From Pasteurella multocida (GTDB lineage Bacteria; Pseudomonadota; Gammaproteobacteria; Enterobacterales; Pasteurellaceae), in NCBI RefSeq assembly GCF_900187275.1, contig NZ_LT906458.1:930001-962000 (forward strand): a stretch of 32,000 nt of DNA, given 5' to 3'. The translations under genes were made by a program, and so were the position numbers. The notes beneath the pieces were generated by a model. That model had not been told where the DNA came from and did not search any database. It saw nothing but the letters and a program-made list of their open reading frames with translations. Every line of letters begins with the position of its first letter. The stretch's first letter is position 1. This document shows positions 28,133-32,000 of the stretch, one piece after another.

Positions 28133-29062
28133 TTTTATGCTCCTAATTTTTAATAAAAAATAATGATATTCTCATCAGAGATGTGACTGTTATCTAGTGA
28201 TTAGTGATAATTGCATAAGAAAACATTTTTAATCACTAAATAATCTGAGGGAATTTTAATCATATTTTTGAGCGAACTGAAATAAAAAAATATACAAAAA
28301 CAACTGGTCCGACGAGTTAGTGAATAAAATAATACGTTTCTATAACACTTTTACATCTGTCGCAGCTCTTTCAAATGAATTTACCCTGGTTAAATAATAG
28401 TACATTTATTACTCTTAGAATAAGTTAACTTTTAATAAGGCATACTCCAAATCATTGCCCCACTTATCCTACAAACATATCTCACATGTTATGTAGACGC
28501 GCAATAGACAACAACTGTTACAATTCTCATTATTCAAGGTTTCTTGTGCTATCGGACTCGGAATATCCAGCAATCACTCCTGTTTTCTGATTATATCAAC
28601 TAGGAAAAAATCACTACCCCATGTGATAAGAACGCCCCATAACAACACCATTCAAAAGGAGTGAGACAGAAAGATAAATTGAAATAAAGTATACATGTTT
28701 ACGTTTATCTCTCTACTTCATTTATTAGTAAAGTCATAAAATCTTATTAGGGTAAGTTGATTTATTTCTGTACTATACATTTTCTCTTTTATATTCACAA
28801 AATAAGAAAACTTACATAACATTTTTTTAATATAATATGTTTAATATATTTTATAAAATAAATAACAGAAACTGTAATGTTTAAATATCAAGCAAATAAA
28901 AATCATTCGTAAATAAACCAGAATGTTCAAGCAGACAAGAAGCAATCTTAAAAAAGAGAATGTTATTACTAATAAGGAAATGAGGAAAACAAAAGTAGGA
29001 AGTCTTAGATACAAAAAAAGCCGCATTAAGCTACTGGATTGTAGATCTTATTGCCATTTTAA
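28133..29062. promoter_or_regulatory. Long AT-rich non-coding region between tRNA-Leu and flp1, presumably holding the flp1/tad promoter
   Basis: No convincing CDS on either strand; the first gene of the operon begins at 28132. The promoter itself is not mapped. Confidence 0.55.
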
Positions 29063-29149
29063 TGGTGCCCGAGGGCGGACTTGAACCGCCACGCTTCGAA
29101 AAGCGAGGGATTTTAAATCCCTTGTGTCTACCGATTTCACCACTCGGGC
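29063..29149 (-). tRNA. tRNA-Leu (anticodon TAA), CCA encoded
   Basis: Minus strand GCCCGAGTGGTGAAATCGGTAGACACAAGGGATTTAAAATCCCTCGC...GGTTCAAGTCCGCCCTCGGGCACCA; 7-bp acceptor stem, 7-nt loop TTTAAAA, long variable arm. Confidence 0.97.
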
Positions 29150-29175
29150 ATTATCACTAATGCAATATGAGATAT

Positions 29176-29251
29176 TGGAGCGGGAAACGAGGCTCGAACT
29201 CGCGACCCCAACCTTGGCAAGGTTGTGCTCTACCAACTGAGCTATTCCCGC
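29176..29251 (-). tRNA. tRNA-Gly (anticodon GCC), CCA encoded
   Basis: Minus strand GCGGGAATAGCTCAGTTGGTAGAGCACAACCTTGCCAAGGTTGGGGTCGCGAGTTCGAGCCTCGTTTCCCGCTCCA folds as a canonical cloverleaf. Confidence 0.98.
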
Positions 29252-29439
29252 GTTGCATAAGAAACTGTGTTCTCAAACAATGATGTGCATTTTACTTATT
29301 TCTCTGAATGAGTCAAATAAAAAATGTAAAAGAATAATTTAATCGCTTAAAAACAAATCACAATATAAAAAAATGCTTATTCTCCAACCTAAAATAGAGG
29401 CAAAAGAAAAGGCACTGGAGAAAGTGCCTTTAAACGTAT

Positions 29440-29997
29440 TTAAAGTGTAATATCCGAAAGTAAGCTGCCTTTAGCCGCTTTTAAATATTGTAACATCGAC
29501 CAAACGGTTAAAATCGCCGCAACATACAGTAAAACAATCGCAGCAATTTCCATCACCACATTATAGCGCCACAACAATCCACCTAACGCTAACATTTGTG
29601 CTGTGGTTTTCACTTTTCCGAGCCAAGATACCGCCACTTTATTCCTGTCGCCAATTTCAGCCATCCATTCTCTTAATGCGGAAATGATGATTTCTCTAGA
29701 AATCATGATCACGGCTGGCAAAGTAATCCAAAAAGAATGGTGATATTCAACAACCAGAGCGAGGGCGACTGTGACCATCACTTTATCCGCAACAGGATCT
29801 AAAAATGCGCCAAAACGTGTCGTTTGTTTCCATTTTCGTGCAAGATAACCATCAAACCAATCTGTGACGCCAGCAATAAAAAAAATCAATACGGTTAAAA
29901 AAGGCGACCACGAGAAAGGCAAATAAAATGCAATGACAAAAAAAGGAATTAAAATGACACGGAAAAGCGTAAGGAATATAGGAATATTTGGTTTCAT
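29440..29997 (-). CDS. pgsA: CDP-diacylglycerol--glycerol-3-phosphate 3-phosphatidyltransferase
   Basis: 185 aa: [48 protein letters not shown] (CDP-alcohol phosphatidyltransferase motif). Confidence 0.96.
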   Translation of the reverse strand: MKPNIPIFLTLFRVILIPFFVIAFYLPFSWSPFLTVLIFFIAGVTDWFDGYLARKWKQTTRFGAFLDPVADKVMVTVALALVVEYHHSFWITLPAVIMISREIIISALREWMAEIGDRNKVAVSWLGKVKTTAQMLALGGLLWRYNVVMEIAAIVLLYVAAILTVWSMLQYLKAAKGSLLSDITL

Positions 29998-30092
29998 AGA
30001 AAGAGTCAGGTCCGTTTTTATAGTCTAATTATTCTAAAACATATCTGTTTTATTTGAAAATGGAATTTTCATATCCTAATAAGATTCATGTA

Positions 30093-31919
30093 TTAATCTC
30101 GCAAAGCATCATAAATTCGTTCGGCAAGGGCTTTAGAAATGCCTGGGACAGAGGCGATTTCATCTAGCGTAGCCTTTTTGACCCCCTGCATCCCACCTAA
30201 ATATTTCAACAATGTTTGACGGCGTTTTGCACCAACACCTTCTACCGATTCTAAGCCACTCTGTAAAAAGGCTTGTTGGCGTTTTTTACGATGTCCACTA
30301 ATCGCATGCTGATGGCTTTCATCACGAATATGTTGAATCAGATGTAAGGCTAAATGATCAGAAGGTAAATGAAGTATTTTTCCCTGTTTGCTTAGAATTA
30401 AGGTTTCTAACCCTGCTTTCCGATCAATGCCTTTCGCCACACCAATTAAGTGCGGTTGATTTTTATCCCATTTCACGTTTAGCTTAGCAAACGTCTGTAA
30501 CGCGCGATTAAGTTGTCCCTTACCACCATCAATAAAAATCACGTCTGGGATTTTTTCTTGCTCAAGTGGCTTATCATAACGTTTTAGCAAGGCTTGCTCC
30601 ATGGCTGCATAATCATCCCCAGCGGTAATTCCGGTAATATTAAATCGACGATAGTCCGACTTTAATGGTCCATCTTGATTAAAAACCACACAAGATGCAA
30701 TGGTTTGTTCACCCATTGTATGACTAATATCAAAACATTCCATACGTCGAATTTCACCTAACTGTAAAATGGCTTGCAGCGCTTGATAGCGTTCTTTGAG
30801 TAACGTACTTTGTTTAAGCTGAGTGACTAATGCTGATTGAGCATTCATTTTGGCTAGTTGCAAGTATTTACTCTTCTCACCTTTTGTATTGTCTTGAATA
30901 TGAACTTTTCGCCCCGCTTGCTGAGTCAGTAATTCTTCTAACTCGGTCTTTTCCGATAACTTATGATCAACAATAATACGGTGTGGAATACTGCGTCCTT
31001 GGTGTGCCTGTAAATAAAATTGCCCCACAAAGGTTGCCGTTAACTCAGACAACGTTGTATTTGCCGGTACTTTAGGGAAATAGCTCCGATTCCCTAACAT
31101 TTTACCTTGTCGGATAAACAAGACCTGAACACAAGCAATACCTAATTGGTAAGCAATCGAGAGAATATCCATATCATCCAGACGTTCAGTGGACACAAAT
31201 TGTTTTTCCATGACGGCACGGACAGCTTGAATTTGATCACGGATGCGAGCAGCCTCTTCAAAATCCAGTGCTCGGCTGGCTTGTTCCATTTTATGTATCA
31301 AATGTTCAAGCACTTGCTGGTCTTTGCCTTGTAAAAAAAGACGAGCTAACTCAACTTGTTGTAAATAAGCCTCATCCGTCACATAACCTGCAACACAAGG
31401 GGCTACACATCGTCCAATCTGATATTGTAAACAAGGGCGAGAACGGTTGTTATAAACGGCATTTTCACACTGGCGGATTGGGAAGAGTTTTTGCAGTAAA
31501 GAAAGGGTTTCTCTGACCGCACTAGCATGCGGATAAGGTCCAAAATATTCGCCTTTAATTTTTTTACTTCCTCGATATGCACTAATACGAGGATGGCGAT
31601 CTGCGGTTAATAAAATATAGGGATAGGATTTATCATCGCGTAATAAAACATTATAACGCGGCTGATAGGTCTTAATGTAGTTATGCTCAAGCAATAAGGC
31701 TTCTGTTTCCGACGATGTAATCGTGGTGTCAATTCGTGCAATCGCACTAACCAGCGCCTCTGTTTTTTTACTGCTAAGATGAGTGCGAAAATAACTTGAG
31801 AGGCGCTTTTTCAGATCCTTCGCTTTTCCCACATAAATGACGGTGTCTTTCTCGTCATACATACGATAAACACCCGCATCGTGGGAAACATTGGCTAAAA
31901 AGGATTTGGCATCAAACAT
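30093..31919 (-). CDS. uvrC: Excinuclease ABC subunit C
   Basis: GIY-YIG-type N-terminus [61 protein letters not shown]-terminal HhH motifs. The track start is 31928; the Met at 31919 (MFDAKSF) is also plausible. Confidence 0.97.
   Translation of the reverse strand: MFDAKSFLANVSHDAGVYRMYDEKDTVIYVGKAKDLKKRLSSYFRTHLSSKKTEALVSAIARIDTTITSSETEALLLEHNYIKTYQPRYNVLLRDDKSYPYILLTADRHPRISAYRGSKKIKGEYFGPYPHASAVRETLSLLQKLFPIRQCENAVYNNRSRPCLQYQIGRCVAPCVAGYVTDEAYLQQVELARLFLQGKDQQVLEHLIHKMEQASRALDFEEAARIRDQIQAVRAVMEKQFVSTERLDDMDILSIAYQLGIACVQVLFIRQGKMLGNRSYFPKVPANTTLSELTATFVGQFYLQAHQGRSIPHRIIVDHKLSEKTELEELLTQQAGRKVHIQDNTKGEKSKYLQLAKMNAQSALVTQLKQSTLLKERYQALQAILQLGEIRRMECFDISHTMGEQTIASCVVFNQDGPLKSDYRRFNITGITAGDDYAAMEQALLKRYDKPLEQEKIPDVIFIDGGKGQLNRALQTFAKLNVKWDKNQPHLIGVAKGIDRKAGLETLILSKQGKILHLPSDHLALHLIQHIRDESHQHAISGHRKKRQQAFLQSGLESVEGVGAKRRQTLLKYLGGMQGVKKATLDEIASVPGISKALAERIYDALRD
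30448..30456 (+). repeat. DNA uptake signal sequence core
   Basis: Exact AAGTGCGGT within uvrC. Confidence 0.85.
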
Positions 31920-31952
31920 AAACAGCATCAGGCGTCGCTAAACGCCTGCCCT

Positions 31953-32000
31953 TTATTTTTCTAAAATTGACCGCACTTTTTCTAAATCTTCAGCGGTATC
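31953..32000 (-). CDS. kdsB: 3-deoxy-manno-octulosonate cytidylyltransferase, C-terminal 15 codons plus stop; 5' part outside the window
   Basis: Minus-strand translation DTAEDLEKVRSILEK* resembles the KdsB C-terminus (...GVDTAEDLEKVR...). Confidence 0.65.
   Translation of the reverse strand, partial: DTAEDLEKVRSILEK
31970..31978 (-). repeat. DNA uptake signal sequence core
   Basis: Exact ACCGCACTT within the kdsB 3' end. Confidence 0.9.

Noticed and set aside
28575-28663. CACTCCT (28575) and AGGAGTG (28657) inverted pair upstream of flp1
   Set aside because: 7-bp match separated by ~75 bp in AT-rich DNA is expected by chance.
28841-29026. 61-aa minus-strand ORF in the tRNA-flp1 gap (MRLFLYLRLPTFVFLISLLVIT...)
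   Set aside because: Low-complexity Leu/Phe/Ile-rich translation expected from random AT-rich DNA; no clear ribosome-binding site and no family resemblance.
29048-29236. 62-aa minus-strand ORF (MVEHNLAKVGVASSSLVSRSNI...)
   Set aside because: It runs through both tRNA genes, which explains the sequence; a translation artefact.
1-32000. CRISPR arrays, prophage genes, transposases, toxin-antitoxin or retron-like modules
   Set aside because: No direct-repeat/spacer pattern, terminal inverted repeats or characteristic proteins were seen in any frame supplied or in the intergenic regions read.

Overview
The window reads as a Pasteurellaceae chromosome segment, most like Pasteurella; this is inferred from gene content and exact DNA-uptake sequences (AAGTGCGGT), with no database search. 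Left part (1-16.4 kb) is housekeeping and metabolic: argA (3' end), manA, a UPF0266-type membrane protein, an OmpH-type porin, manXYZ with an upstream CRP-like site, an MFS transporter, a small coiled-coil-like protein, serC-hisC-aroA, ubiG, gyrA and a SirB-family gene. The middle (16.46-28.13 kb) is a complete, apparently intact minus-strand tad/flp locus, in transcription order flp1-flp2-tadV-rcpC-rcpA-rcpB-tadZ-tadA-tadB-tadC-tadD-tadE-tadF-tadG. The second prepilin, flp2 (59 codons), is missing from the supplied ORF track and was found by direct translation. The right part is a long AT-rich intergenic region, tRNA-Leu(TAA), tRNA-Gly(GCC), pgsA, uvrC and the 3' end of kdsB. I saw no CRISPR array, transposase, integrase or prophage. 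The tad locus is a known type of system, so I do not claim a novel system. The observations most worth following up are the missed flp2, the absence of exact uptake sequences across the tad region compared with about 10 in the flanks, the ~930 bp non-coding region upstream of flp1, and the acidic GyrA insert and tail that carry uptake sequences.
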